The notes under the pieces are model-generated. The model saw only the letters and a program-made list of their open reading frames with translations, was not told the origin of the DNA and did not search any database. A DNA stretch of 64,000 bases, taken from positions 1 to 64,000 of the IMG/VR virus record IMGVR_UViG_3300037455_000250; one strand, 5' to 3'. Positions 1-9,562 of the stretch are shown in pieces. Source of the stretch: a virus. Taxonomy: Duplodnaviria; Caudoviricetes. The first letter of the stretch is position 1. Each line of letters opens with the position of its first letter. Position numbers and translations under genes: made by a program.

Positions 1-685
1 ACAAGGTTCAGTGGCAAGTTTTGAAACTGACTTAACCGAAGATTTAATTGAGGTTGTTTGCGATATTCAGTATAGTCAGGCAAGCGGTACACCAAGTCCG
101 TCAAACCCGTTGCCTATTACAGTTTATAATGCCCTTAATTTAAATCATAGCGGTGCAGATACGAGCAACCCGACTGTTTATAATATTCCGTTTGGTCAGA
201 ATGTTGCTAAAGGTACGTTGAATGTATCAACGGGTGTTTTGACTATTACCGACAAAGTTGTCGATATGGGTTCGTTATATTGGAGCTCATTTACATTTGG
301 TAGTAATAGCGGTTTCCGTGCTAATCTTTCAGACGGCGAGGCTATTGGTGGGGCGAGCGGTATAGGTAATGCGGCTTGTTCTGTATTTCCTATTGTCAAT
401 AATGGTGCGTTAAGTGCGAGTGGTGCCGATATGATTATGGCGGTTGGTGCTTATTGGACTGTGGGTTGTAATGCCTATGTTCTTGACAGTGATTATACAA
501 CGGCAAGCGACTTCAAAACGGGAATGTCAGGCAATCAGATTGTTTATAAATTGGCACAACCACAAGTCATACAGTTATCTGCAACACAGATAACTGCATT
601 ACTAAACGAAAACAATATTTGGTGTGACACTAATGGTGATACGAAAGTTAAATATATCCTGTCAGTGGGCAAATTGATAAGTTAA
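1..685 (+). CDS. Tail/baseplate protein, C-terminal part (truncated by window start)
   Basis: Frame is open from the window edge; Ser/Thr/Gly-rich, beta-type sequence; lies upstream of another tail gene and the lysis module. Confidence 0.6.
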   Translation, partial: QGSVASFETDLTEDLIEVVCDIQYSQASGTPSPSNPLPITVYNALNLNHSGADTSNPTVYNIPFGQNVAKGTLNVSTGVLTITDKVVDMGSLYWSSFTFGSNSGFRANLSDGEAIGGASGIGNAACSVFPIVNNGALSASGADMIMAVGAYWTVGCNAYVLDSDYTTASDFKTGMSGNQIVYKLAQPQVIQLSATQITALLNENNIWCDTNGDTKVKYILSVGKLIS

Positions 686-697
686 GGTGGTGAATGT

Positions 698-826
698 ATG
701 ACAGAACTAATTGCAATTCTTATACCTTGCTTTATGATTATTTTTCAGATTGTCGGTATGACATTTTTGTATTTCATACCTAACAAGTCAATCATAAAAG
801 GGTTGAAAGAGTGGTGGCAATACTAA
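698..826 (+). CDS. Small membrane peptide, 42 aa (MTELIAILIPCFMIIFQIVGMTFLYF...)
   Basis: Translated by hand; AAGGTGGTG SD upstream; hydrophobic stretch. Confidence 0.55.
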   Translation: MTELIAILIPCFMIIFQIVGMTFLYFIPNKSIIKGLKEWWQY

Positions 827-870
827 TTCGGCAAAATTGAAGTTATGTTGAATAACGAAAGGAGTTAAAA

Positions 871-2448
871 ATGGGTCGTATAAAGATAAAAGATGATTAT
901 GTGAGAGAAACATTCGGTGAACTTAAAATGCGTCAATTAAAAGGTCATGTTCGACTTGAATTACATAATTGTCGTACAGGCAAGACAATCGTACACGAAG
1001 GCGATAATACAGTTACATATGCGGTTCGTGATATTCTTGCAAATAATGTTATGTCCGCACTTAATGTTGGCTCACTTGCACCATTATGGTCAACCTGGTA
1101 TGGCGGAATACTCTGTTATAAGCAAGCACACCCTCTTGTAAATAATGCGTTAGACCCCTCTGATTACTTCATTCGTGGTAATGACATTCAAGAGTTGACG
1201 GCTCACGCTGGTCCTACCGCTCCGTCAGATTATGCAGATGATAAAAAAAGAGGCTCACCGAACACGGCTCAACAAGTCTTTACCGAGAACTCTGTTAAGC
1301 AAGGTTGGGAGTGGGGTTCTACACAAGGCAACGGCAAAATTTTGTCATTATCTCTTACGCACAAAGATGTTGGTAATGCAGGAACAGGTGCGGTAAGTAA
1401 CGCATTTGCAAATTTTGAGCCTTTTGCACCTATAAGTGAGGGACTTTCTAATCTCTTTGTTGCGGTCAACTCGGCAAATAACATCTTTTGTCAATATGAT
1501 GAGAGCCACGGCTTATGGTTCCATATTGGAGATGCAAGTGAATTTTATTCAGGACATACTAACTTTGCAACGAAAAAACTCACGGTTATCATTCGTAAGT
1601 TGCCTTATAAGAGAGTCGGCTTATACGATACAGAAAACGCCGATACAACTTATCAGAGAAGTTTTGTTATCGACCTCACAAATAATCTATACTTACAACC
1701 AGCGTGGTATTTTGATTACGATAATAAGAAGTTGTGGATATTTAATAATGTAACTTCTGTAATGAGCGGAAGTGAGAGTTATAGTGCCGCTGACATTAAC
1801 TATGCGGTTATTGATTGCGAAAATGAAGAACTTGACAGTGAGGGTACAGTAACAAGTGATACATCTAATATTGCCCCGCTTGCTATGTGCCATGTTCCGC
1901 AATCAGGTTGGAAAGATATGTATATTAGTGGCAATATCTTGAAGATTGATAATTATTTCTGTTTCCCTACAACAAGTGGAGTTTCTTGGGGTAATGCGTC
2001 TGATAGAGATTTCGGTCAAAATGTAAATGGCATAAAGCAAATCAACTTTAGCGATACATCAGACCAACATACTCTTGCGACATTTAATGCCTCTCAAAAA
2101 CACTTTAGATGTGCTATGACAGGCGGCGGCATTATCATTAATGGTGGTAGAGTTGTAAACGGTGGTGTTGGTTATACTTGTGCTAATAATTATCTTCTTG
2201 ATTTCTCAAATAGCACAGGTTATAACACATTTGCGGGAACTTGGGCATTTAGTACCCCTAACAGAATTTCGAGTTATGTTGTACCTATTGGTGCTGGCGA
2301 CCATTCTACTCCAACATCTTTGAGCAGATATATCCTCGCTAACAAAATGGTAAATACAACCTTGTTTAATCTTGAGCACGAAGAAACAAAGGACGCAACT
2401 CAGTCAATGACAGTCACATATACACTCACAGAACAAGCCGCAGAATGA
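871..2448 (+). CDS. Minor tail / receptor-binding-like structural protein, 525 aa
   Basis: N-terminal KGHVRLELHNCRTGK..EGDNTVT segment typical of distal tail proteins; beta-rich composition; position before lysis genes. Confidence 0.6.
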   Translation: MGRIKIKDDYVRETFGELKMRQLKGHVRLELHNCRTGKTIVHEGDNTVTYAVRDILANNVMSALNVGSLAPLWSTWYGGILCYKQAHPLVNNALDPSDYFIRGNDIQELTAHAGPTAPSDYADDKKRGSPNTAQQVFTENSVKQGWEWGSTQGNGKILSLSLTHKDVGNAGTGAVSNAFANFEPFAPISEGLSNLFVAVNSANNIFCQYDESHGLWFHIGDASEFYSGHTNFATKKLTVIIRKLPYKRVGLYDTENADTTYQRSFVIDLTNNLYLQPAWYFDYDNKKLWIFNNVTSVMSGSESYSAADINYAVIDCENEELDSEGTVTSDTSNIAPLAMCHVPQSGWKDMYISGNILKIDNYFCFPTTSGVSWGNASDRDFGQNVNGIKQINFSDTSDQHTLATFNASQKHFRCAMTGGGIIINGGRVVNGGVGYTCANNYLLDFSNSTGYNTFAGTWAFSTPNRISSYVVPIGAGDHSTPTSLSRYILANKMVNTTLFNLEHEETKDATQSMTVTYTLTEQAAE

Positions 2449-2479
2449 TATACTATAAGTAAGAAAGGTGGTGGTGAGT

Positions 2480-2866
2480 ATGAAAGAGATTGTTGCATTA
2501 GTATTGGGGAGCGGTGCGTTGTTCTCGTTCATTCAATATATGCTCACTCGTATGGACAACAAAAAGAATATCGAGAAGAAGATAGATGAACTGGACGAGC
2601 GTTCAGAAAGACGCTTTAAGGAAACGAATGATAAGATAGACCGCAATCAAGCGGTACTGTGTCGTACTCATATCTTGCGATTTGCAGATGAACAAAGGTC
2701 AGGAACAGTTCATCACTCAAAGGAGTATTTTGAACAACAGATACAAGACATAGACACCTATGAGAAGTATTGTGAACTTCACCCCGACTTTCGTAATGGT
2801 TTAACAGTAATGGCAAGTCAATATATCAAAGAAGAATATAAGAGGATATACCTTAACAATGATTGA
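2480..2866 (+). CDS. Holin-associated membrane protein (N-terminal TM plus coiled coil)
   Basis: One hydrophobic helix followed by a charged helix; position in lysis module. Confidence 0.55.
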   Translation: MKEIVALVLGSGALFSFIQYMLTRMDNKKNIEKKIDELDERSERRFKETNDKIDRNQAVLCRTHILRFADEQRSGTVHHSKEYFEQQIQDIDTYEKYCELHPDFRNGLTVMASQYIKEEYKRIYLNND

Positions 2867-2981
2867 ATTGACCATAGATTATGAGATACTTACAGTTATT
2901 GCAACGATGATATTTGTTATCGTACTAAGTGGTGGTGCAATATTTATGTTATACACAGAAAGAAAGGAGAACAAAAAATGA
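2859..2981 (+). CDS. Small single-TM peptide, 40 aa
   Basis: MIELTIDYEILTVIATMIFVIVLSGGAIFMLYTERKENKK; its stop overlaps the holin ATG (ATGA). Confidence 0.5.
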   Translation: MIELTIDYEILTVIATMIFVIVLSGGAIFMLYTERKENKK

Positions 2982-3253
2982 CAGAGATTGTAACTGTTCC
3001 TGTAATCGTAGGTTTTTGTTATCTCGTAGGCTTTATTATTAAGTTATTCAAAAACGACAAACTTGATAATTTCATTCCTGGCATTTGTGCGATAATCGGA
3101 CTTATTTTAGGTCTTGTATCATTCTATACAATTCCTAATCTCATACCCGCTGATAATTGGCTTACTGCAAGTGTTATTGGTGGATTTTCTGGTCTTGCCG
3201 CAACTGGTGTAAATCAAGTTGTCAAAAAGTTTAAGACACTTATAACTAATTGA
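2978..3253 (+). CDS. Holin
   Basis: 91 aa, three hydrophobic segments, basic C-terminus with GLAATGVNQ motif, directly upstream of the endolysin. Confidence 0.85.
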   Translation: MTEIVTVPVIVGFCYLVGFIIKLFKNDKLDNFIPGICAIIGLILGLVSFYTIPNLIPADNWLTASVIGGFSGLAATGVNQVVKKFKTLITN

Positions 3254-3267
3254 TGGAGGAACAATGT

Positions 3268-4077
3268 ATGGCAAGTTTATTCAGAAAACCTTGTGCTGAC
3301 ACAATGCGTGAAGATGGAGAAAGTGGTTATCAATCTAATGGCTATTGGAATAAGTACGCAGAGCGACTTGACCAGTGCGACTTTTTCACAGGTTGTGGAA
3401 AGAAGAATGGTGCAGTAGATTTCTGTGCTATTGCATATTGCTATTGGCTCTTTGTGAATGTAATTACCGATGATGGTGATATTACTGATGATGATAGAAA
3501 ATGGGCAACACACTGGTTTATGTATCAATCAGACAGTTGTTGTACAGCCGCTGGTTGTGAGCAACAAGTACAGGTTTATAAAGATAATGGTGCTTGGTTC
3601 ACAGACCCACAAGACCTTGTTGTAGGAGACCAAATCTTCTTCTGGAAATGGGACGAAGATAAGGGCAGAATGGTTTATTATCATACTGGTGGTTGCTATG
3701 ATTGGGACGACGAAGGTGTTTACGTTACAGAGGCAAACACAAATGGTGGAAAGACACAAAACAAGTTCTATCCCTATTCGGAGTTTGGTAACAAGATAGC
3801 AGGTTTCGGTCACCCTCGTTTTGATGGCTATGAACTTACTGCAAGTGATGATACAATCAATCAGCCTATTCCTGACCCAGAGCCTACACCAAGTGCTGAT
3901 TACACGAAATATACAGTCAATGTTGGCTCATTCCTCAATATCAGAACTGGACCGAGTACAGACAACGATAAGATTGGGGAACTTCTTGACGGTGCAACTG
4001 TCTATGTCTTTGAGATTGAAGATGGTTGGGGTCGTATTGGAGATAATATGTGGGTTTGTATGGACTATCTTGATTGA
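3268..4077 (+). CDS. Endolysin: CHAP-like Cys/His peptidase plus C-terminal SH3b cell-wall-binding domain
   Basis: DFCA, GDQIFF, HTG and EANT motifs; Pro-rich linker; LNIRTGPS...GWGRI SH3b signature. Confidence 0.85.
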   Translation: MASLFRKPCADTMREDGESGYQSNGYWNKYAERLDQCDFFTGCGKKNGAVDFCAIAYCYWLFVNVITDDGDITDDDRKWATHWFMYQSDSCCTAAGCEQQVQVYKDNGAWFTDPQDLVVGDQIFFWKWDEDKGRMVYYHTGGCYDWDDEGVYVTEANTNGGKTQNKFYPYSEFGNKIAGFGHPRFDGYELTASDDTINQPIPDPEPTPSADYTKYTVNVGSFLNIRTGPSTDNDKIGELLDGATVYVFEIEDGWGRIGDNMWVCMDYLD

Positions 4078-4083
4078 TAGACT

Positions 4084-4290
4084 ATGAGTTTTCCGATATA
4101 CGATTTCGTTGAGAGCGAGTTAGAGAAATTTCGTAAAGAGTGTAATTTTAGTGCAGATGAAATGGAATACTTCAATCTTCGTGCCAAACATTACACTAAT
4201 CTTCAAATCGCTATTCAGATGAATGTGTCAGAGGGAAAGGTAAACAAACTTGCAAAGTCTGTAAAGACAAAGATAAAAAGAGTGCTATAA
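4084..4290 (+). CDS. Small HTH regulator (sigma region 4 / LuxR-like)
   Basis: FSADEMEYFNLRAKHYTNLQIAIQMNVSEGKV HTH pattern. Confidence 0.7.
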   Translation: MSFPIYDFVESELEKFRKECNFSADEMEYFNLRAKHYTNLQIAIQMNVSEGKVNKLAKSVKTKIKRVL

Positions 4291-4327
4291 TTATAGTGTG
4301 TTGAGACGCTATTATATAGCATAGAGA

Positions 4328-4372
4328 ACCGCCCACGCCTCTTAACAATGCGTACCACGGGCGGTCTTTAAT
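4328..4372 (+). terminator. Branched hairpin followed by a U-rich tract
   Basis: ACCGCCC/GGGCGGT outer stem, ACGC/GCGT inner stem, then CTTTAATTTT. Confidence 0.5.
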
Positions 4373-4551
4373 TTTCGTAGAGTTTTCGTGCAATTTTTAG
4401 AGAGTAATCGTAGAAATACGGTTACTCTTTTCTTTGTATGATGAAGTCAGAAAAACACGAAAGGAGTTAATCAAAATGATAGACATTGGTCCGTTATTAA
4501 CTGATTGCCCGTTTCGTGCTTTTTGCATTTTAGCGAGAGGAGCACAAAATT

Positions 4552-4962
4552 ATGAACCAGTTTCCATACTCTTACAATCAGATGTATCAACGCCCGCAGA
4601 CGAACGGAATAACTTGGGTACAAGGCATAGAGGGTGCGAAAGCATTTCAGATGGCACCGAACAGTAACACTATCTTAATGGATAGTGAGAATGACGGAAG
4701 ATTTTATATCAAGGTTAGTGACAATGTAGGAATGTGTAATCTTCGCACATTCAGTTATAAAGAAGTAACTGAAAATCACGCACCACAAGTTGATATGTCA
4801 AATTATGTCACCAAAGAAGAATTAGAAAACGCATTAAGGAGTATTAAGTATGAACCAACTGTATCAACAAATGCAAAGTCAACAAGTGCAAAACAATCTA
4901 ACCAACAACCCTCAACTTCAAAGAGTTATGCAGATGGTCAAAGCAAGCAATATGACACCTAA
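4552..4962 (+). CDS. Cassette gene 1, hypothetical (WVQGIEGAKA motif)
   Basis: ORF with GAGGAG SD; Gln/Asn-rich N-terminus. Confidence 0.7.
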   Translation: MNQFPYSYNQMYQRPQTNGITWVQGIEGAKAFQMAPNSNTILMDSENDGRFYIKVSDNVGMCNLRTFSYKEVTENHAPQVDMSNYVTKEELENALRSIKYEPTVSTNAKSTSAKQSNQQPSTSKSYADGQSKQYDT

Positions 4963-5032
4963 AGAATATTTTTATGCTCTCGCAAGACAAAAGGGCGTAG
5001 ACCCTAATTCGATATTAAATATGTTCAAATAA
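4850..5032 (+). CDS. Cassette gene 2, small Gln/Met-rich helical protein
   Basis: AGGAG SD; NPQLQRVMQMV...LARQKGVDP. Confidence 0.7.
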   Translation: MNQLYQQMQSQQVQNNLTNNPQLQRVMQMVKASNMTPKEYFYALARQKGVDPNSILNMFK

Positions 5033-5180
5033 AAAGATTGCGAGTAGTGCCTGAATACTCGCAATCCAACGAACAAAGAGGTAAATCTTATGTCGAAATA
5101 CATCTACGCTTTTTATTATAACAAGATTTCTATATGTTGCAACAGTAGATAAATAAAATTTTAATGAAAGGAGAAATACT

Positions 5181-5831
5181 ATGGATAATGGATTATCTGC
5201 GGCGGATGTTGCTCTGCTTAATAATGATGGTGGTATGGGCGGCTGGAACGGAATGATTTGGCTTTTTGCTATTCTCGCCCTTATGGGCGGCGGTTTCGGT
5301 AATTGGGGAAATAACGGACTTGCTAATGCAATTGGTTATGAGAACCTTGCAACTTCTAACGAAGTACAGAGAGGCTTTGACAATCAGAACCTTCAAGCAC
5401 AGACCAGAGATATTCTTGCGGCAGTAAACGCAGGAACTGCACAGTCAGTAGCGGCAACAAATCAGACATTCCACGATAGCATTATGGCTAATCAGAACCT
5501 CTATAATGAGGTAGCAAGAGATATTTCAGGTCTCGCTATGGGACAGGCTGGTATTCTTGCAAAACAGAATGAGTGTTGTTGCGAAACCAAACAGATGATT
5601 ATGCAGAACAACTATGATAGTGCTATGCGTGACGCCAACACAAATGCTAACTTCACGGCGCAAATTCAATCAGTTAAGGATATGATTGCACAGAACAAGA
5701 TTGAAGATTTGCAGTCCAAGATTTCAGCACTTGAATTACAGGCTGCCACATCTAATGTTGTAAAGTACCCGAGTGCGTGGACTTACAATGCTGGTATGTC
5801 ACCATTCTGTGGTTGTAACTGCGGAATTTAA
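5181..5831 (+). CDS. Cassette gene 3: Gly-rich hydrophobic N-terminus, long coiled coil with CCC, C-terminal CGCNCG
   Basis: GAAAGGAG SD; features read directly from the translation. Confidence 0.8.
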   Translation: MDNGLSAADVALLNNDGGMGGWNGMIWLFAILALMGGGFGNWGNNGLANAIGYENLATSNEVQRGFDNQNLQAQTRDILAAVNAGTAQSVAATNQTFHDSIMANQNLYNEVARDISGLAMGQAGILAKQNECCCETKQMIMQNNYDSAMRDANTNANFTAQIQSVKDMIAQNKIEDLQSKISALELQAATSNVVKYPSAWTYNAGMSPFCGCNCGI

Positions 5832-5858
5832 TCGAGCATAGTAGTATGCCTATTCATA

Positions 5859-5890
5859 GGGAGAGTGGGAAACTACTCTCCCAATTTTAT
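5859..5890 (+). terminator. Hairpin GGGAGAGT/ACTCTCCC with a weak U tract
   Basis: 8-bp stem followed by AATTTTAT. Confidence 0.45.
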
Positions 5891-5905
5891 ACAAAGGAGA
5901 AAATT

Positions 5906-6283
5906 ATGTTAGAAGTTTATTCACTTAATCAAACAGTGGGAAGTTTAGAGCCTATTCCGTTTACGAATGTAACACTTAAAAAGGGATGTACTGCGGAGTT
6001 ATCTGGCACATCAACAATTCAACTTAACAAGTGTGGTGTATATATGATTGCATTTGATTGTAGTGCGGCTGCCTCTACTACTGTCCAACTTTACAAGAAC
6101 GGTGTAGCACAAGACCAAGCACAAGGAACAGGTAGTATCATTTCATTCGTAACACTTGTTCAGGTATCAGAGAATAACACTTGTTGCCCTTGCTCTGCTC
6201 CTACAACAATTCAGATACTTAATGCAAGTGACGCAGAGGCAACTTTCACAAATGCCAATGTCACAGTAACTAAGGTAGTATGA
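5906..6283 (+). CDS. Cassette gene 4, BclA C-terminal / C1q-like beta-sandwich protein
   Basis: IPF..GVYMIAFD..VQLYKNG pattern resembles BclA-CTD-like domains; contains TCCPC. Confidence 0.5.
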   Translation: MLEVYSLNQTVGSLEPIPFTNVTLKKGCTAELSGTSTIQLNKCGVYMIAFDCSAAASTTVQLYKNGVAQDQAQGTGSIISFVTLVQVSENNTCCPCSAPTTIQILNASDAEATFTNANVTVTKVV

Positions 6284-6525
6284 ACGAAAAAGAACAGTTA
6301 TCCTTTATTGACTTACTAAGTATATTGTCCTTTTGTATAGGTGTTATGAATTTAGATTTGAATGTGTCTGCGGAAGATATAGATAATCAAACACAAACAT
6401 TACTAAATGAAATTCACGGGCATTTGAAAACACAAGACAATAAATTGGATAACATTATTGAGAGATTGGAGAAATTAGAAGATGAAAAGCAAGGTAGAAA
6501 AGATGAGGCATTGTATGACAGATGA
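6280..6525 (+). CDS. Cassette gene 5, hydrophobic N-terminal helix plus coiled coil
   Basis: LSFIDLLSILSFCIGVMNL followed by a heptad-rich segment. Confidence 0.65.
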   Translation: MNEKEQLSFIDLLSILSFCIGVMNLDLNVSAEDIDNQTQTLLNEIHGHLKTQDNKLDNIIERLEKLEDEKQGRKDEALYDR

Positions 6526-6772
6526 ACTTGAAGGTGCTTATAAGTACGCCGAAAAGTATATCTATTATGCAAACTCTAACCCAGAATGGGCAAAGATGTA
6601 TGCAGAAATGGCTAAGCAGGAATTACATCACGCAGATATGCTACACAAAATTTATCAGGACGCTTTTAATGATATGCGTTGGGTATCTGATGAAGATAAA
6701 GACGCTTGGGAAAAGTGTGTAAATCATAAGGCGGAAGTTACTGCATTAGTTGAACTGATGTTATCTAAATGA
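6482..6772 (+). CDS. Cassette gene 6, ferritin-like / spore-coat-like helical protein
   Basis: DELEGA..Y and EMAKQELHHAD ExxH-type motifs; start may be 6503. Confidence 0.55.
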   Translation: MKSKVEKMRHCMTDELEGAYKYAEKYIYYANSNPEWAKMYAEMAKQELHHADMLHKIYQDAFNDMRWVSDEDKDAWEKCVNHKAEVTALVELMLSK

Positions 6773-6818
6773 TAATATTATCAAGAACATACTTTGCGTA
6801 TGGTTCTGTCTTTCTAAA

Positions 6819-6854
6819 GCGGCGAGTAATCTTTAGGGATTGCTTGCCGTTTTC
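6819..6854 (+). terminator. Intrinsic terminator closing the lysis/cassette unit
   Basis: GCGGCGAGTAATC/GATTGCTTGCCGT stem followed by TTTC. Confidence 0.75.
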
Positions 6855-6870
6855 AATTATAACAGTGTTG

Positions 6871-6899
6871 TTGACATAATTGAAATCGTTTAGTATAAT
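6871..6899 (+). promoter_or_regulatory. SigA-type promoter
   Basis: TTGACA-17-TATAAT. Confidence 0.85.
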
Positions 6900-6944
6900 G
6901 TTCTCAACTTTGAGTAAAACACACACAGAAAGCGAGCAAGGTAT

Positions 6945-8675
6945 ATGATAAACATTAGAGTAGACGATAGTATAAAGTGTAATGGAGATTATTCATTGTT
7001 TATTACATTCGACTATAAATACGAGATAGTTGAAACCATAAAGACAATATCTCCAAGAGAATACGATAAGTCAACAAGAACTTGGGAGATACCTCTTATG
7101 CGATTAGGCGAGGTAGTAAACAAGTTATCTGATTACGACATTACAATTACAGGTAAATACATTAAACTCCAGAAAGATACTGATGTTGAGTTGCCAACAG
7201 AATTTAAGTTTAAGACAAAGCCGTATGAACATCAGATTGAGGGAGTTAAGTTTGGCTTATTACATAATAAGTGGCTACTTGGTGATGAACAAGGACTTGG
7301 TAAGACAAAGCAAGTAATAGATATTGCAGTGGCAAAGAATGTAGAGCATTGTTTAATAGTTTGTTGTGTAAACGGCTTAAAATGGAACTGGCGAAATGAA
7401 GTTCACACACATTCTGATGATAATGCGTGGATATTAGGGCAGAAAGAAACATCAAACGGATTAATTATAGGAACTAACCCAGAGCGATTAGATGATTTGA
7501 ACTATATTGACAGATTGCCTCGTTTCATTATCACGAACATAGAAACTTTGAGATATAAAGTAAAGACAGGCAGAAAGATAATGAAAAGAGTAAAAGGCAG
7601 ACTGAAAGAGGTTGACGAGTATCGTTTTCCGATAACAGAGAAATTACAAGAACTCTGTAAAACAGGCAAAATCAATATGATAGCCGTTGATGAATTTCAT
7701 AAGTGTAAGAACCCAGACGCAGAACAGGCTCAACAGATATTGCAAGTTAGAGCGCCTATTGAAATTGCTATGACTGGTACTCCACTTATGAACGCACCGC
7801 TTGACTTGTATATGCCATTATCTTGGCTTGATTATGAGCGTCATACATTCTGGCAGTTTAAGACACATCATTGTAACTTTGGTGGTTATGGTGGTCACGA
7901 AGTTATTGGATATAAGAACCTCGAAGAAATTGAGGAAGTTCTTGATACTATGATGTTACGCAGACTTAAAAGTGAGGTGCTTGATTTGCCTGAGAAAACT
8001 CTTATCAATGAATATGTTGAAATGAGTTCGGAACAGACAGATGTATATATCAATATTCACGCATACTTACTTGAACATTCCACAGAGTTTAAGATGGCAA
8101 ACAATCCTCTTGCTGAACTTATCAGATTAAGACAAGCGACAGGTAATCCATTAATCGTTTCTGATGTAACAAGTAACGCAAAGTTTGACCGAATGGAAGA
8201 ACTTGTAGAGGACGCAGTAGAAAATGGACAGAAAGTAGTTATCTTTTCTAATTGGACACAGGTTACAGACCCGGCATTTGAGCGTTTATCTAAAAAGTAT
8301 AAAGGTGTAATGATAACAGGTGAAACTAATTCAAATATTCGTCAAGATTTGGTAGACAGATTTCAAAATGACGATAATGTAAAATTCATCATTGGCACAA
8401 TAGGTGCTATGGGTACAGGACTTACCCTTACTGCAGGAACAGTTGAAATCTTTTTAGACGAGCCGTGGAATATGGCACTTAAAGAACAAGCGATTGACCG
8501 TTGTCACAGAATTGGTCAGAACTCAAATATTACTGTATATACACTTCTTTGCAGGAATACTATTGACGAAAGAATAAATAGTCTTGTTGAAAAGAAAGGA
8601 CAGATGGCTGAAATATTGATAGACGGAAAAATCGAGGGAGACAAAAACGCTCTAATTAACTACTTGTTATCATAA
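6945..8675 (+). CDS. SNF2-family helicase with N-terminal HARP-like domain
   Basis: DEQGLGKT, DEFH, TGTP, VVIFS and QAIDRCHRIGQ motifs. Confidence 0.92.
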   Translation: MINIRVDDSIKCNGDYSLFITFDYKYEIVETIKTISPREYDKSTRTWEIPLMRLGEVVNKLSDYDITITGKYIKLQKDTDVELPTEFKFKTKPYEHQIEGVKFGLLHNKWLLGDEQGLGKTKQVIDIAVAKNVEHCLIVCCVNGLKWNWRNEVHTHSDDNAWILGQKETSNGLIIGTNPERLDDLNYIDRLPRFIITNIETLRYKVKTGRKIMKRVKGRLKEVDEYRFPITEKLQELCKTGKINMIAVDEFHKCKNPDAEQAQQILQVRAPIEIAMTGTPLMNAPLDLYMPLSWLDYERHTFWQFKTHHCNFGGYGGHEVIGYKNLEEIEEVLDTMMLRRLKSEVLDLPEKTLINEYVEMSSEQTDVYINIHAYLLEHSTEFKMANNPLAELIRLRQATGNPLIVSDVTSNAKFDRMEELVEDAVENGQKVVIFSNWTQVTDPAFERLSKKYKGVMITGETNSNIRQDLVDRFQNDDNVKFIIGTIGAMGTGLTLTAGTVEIFLDEPWNMALKEQAIDRCHRIGQNSNITVYTLLCRNTIDERINSLVEKKGQMAEILIDGKIEGDKNALINYLLS

Positions 8676-8724
8676 TAAACATATATTATAATATTAAATA
8701 TTTAATAAACGAAAGGAGATATAA

Positions 8725-8994
8725 ATGGAAAGAACAATCTTGACGATAGAGCAAGTGGCAGTAACTTGTGGTGTGTCTGTTCAAACAATCAATAACTGGT
8801 ACAAGTTCAAGCGTGAAAATCCTAATAATGAATACGCTAAACTTTTGCCTGAATATATGACGATTGGTGGACACGGACAAAGATTTTGGGATAAGTCCGA
8901 CATAGTTGCTCTATGTGCTTTTAAGCAAAAAATGCCTAAAGGTTGTAAGGGCGTAATGGGCGCTGTAACACAACGATATGTAAAGAAGGTATGA
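8725..8994 (+). CDS. HTH DNA-binding protein (MerR/excisionase-like)
   Basis: LTIEQVAVTCGVSVQTINNW. Confidence 0.7.
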   Translation: MERTILTIEQVAVTCGVSVQTINNWYKFKRENPNNEYAKLLPEYMTIGGHGQRFWDKSDIVALCAFKQKMPKGCKGVMGAVTQRYVKKV

Positions 8995-9428
8995 GTATGA
9001 CAGATTTAGAAAGATTGGAACAATGTGTCAAAGAATATGTTGCTGACAAAATGGAAGAAGGCCCGTTAAAAAAGAGAATTGAAGGCAATAATCTTCTTAT
9101 TAAGCAACTAATGGAAACACTTAATAAAGAAAAGTATGTACTTGATAATGGTAAAAAAGTTGTGTATTCGGTTACATCTAAATCTATTACAGATGAAGAA
9201 AGATTAATTGCCGTTATAAAGAAGTATGTACCAACAAGTAAGTGCATTAAGACAAAAGAATATATAGACGGTGATGTTCTCGAGGCTGAAATGTATAAAG
9301 ATGTTGACAAGCAGATGTTTACAGATGAGGCACTACAAGAAATGGGTAAGTGTACGACATATAAAGAAGTGCCTACATTAAACATCAGAAAGGCTGCAAA
9401 GGGTGAAACTAATGACGATAACGATTAG
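8991..9428 (+). CDS. Hypothetical protein
   Basis: ORF coupled to the upstream gene. Confidence 0.6.
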   Translation: MSMTDLERLEQCVKEYVADKMEEGPLKKRIEGNNLLIKQLMETLNKEKYVLDNGKKVVYSVTSKSITDEERLIAVIKKYVPTSKCIKTKEYIDGDVLEAEMYKDVDKQMFTDEALQEMGKCTTYKEVPTLNIRKAAKGETNDDND

Positions 9429-9562
9429 TCCTTTTGTTTTAGGTGTTTTATGCACAATCGGAGCAGAAATTTTAGCGTTTATTCTTATCTGTATATACTA
9501 TGCGATAAAGAATAGTCTTAAATCACGCAGAAATGCGTCTAAATGAGCGAGGAGAATAAAAT

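Noticed and set aside
4434-4667. 77-aa ORF upstream of the cassette
   Set aside because: Mostly overlaps gene 1 out of frame; a shorter start near 4486 has a good SD but I cannot support a product
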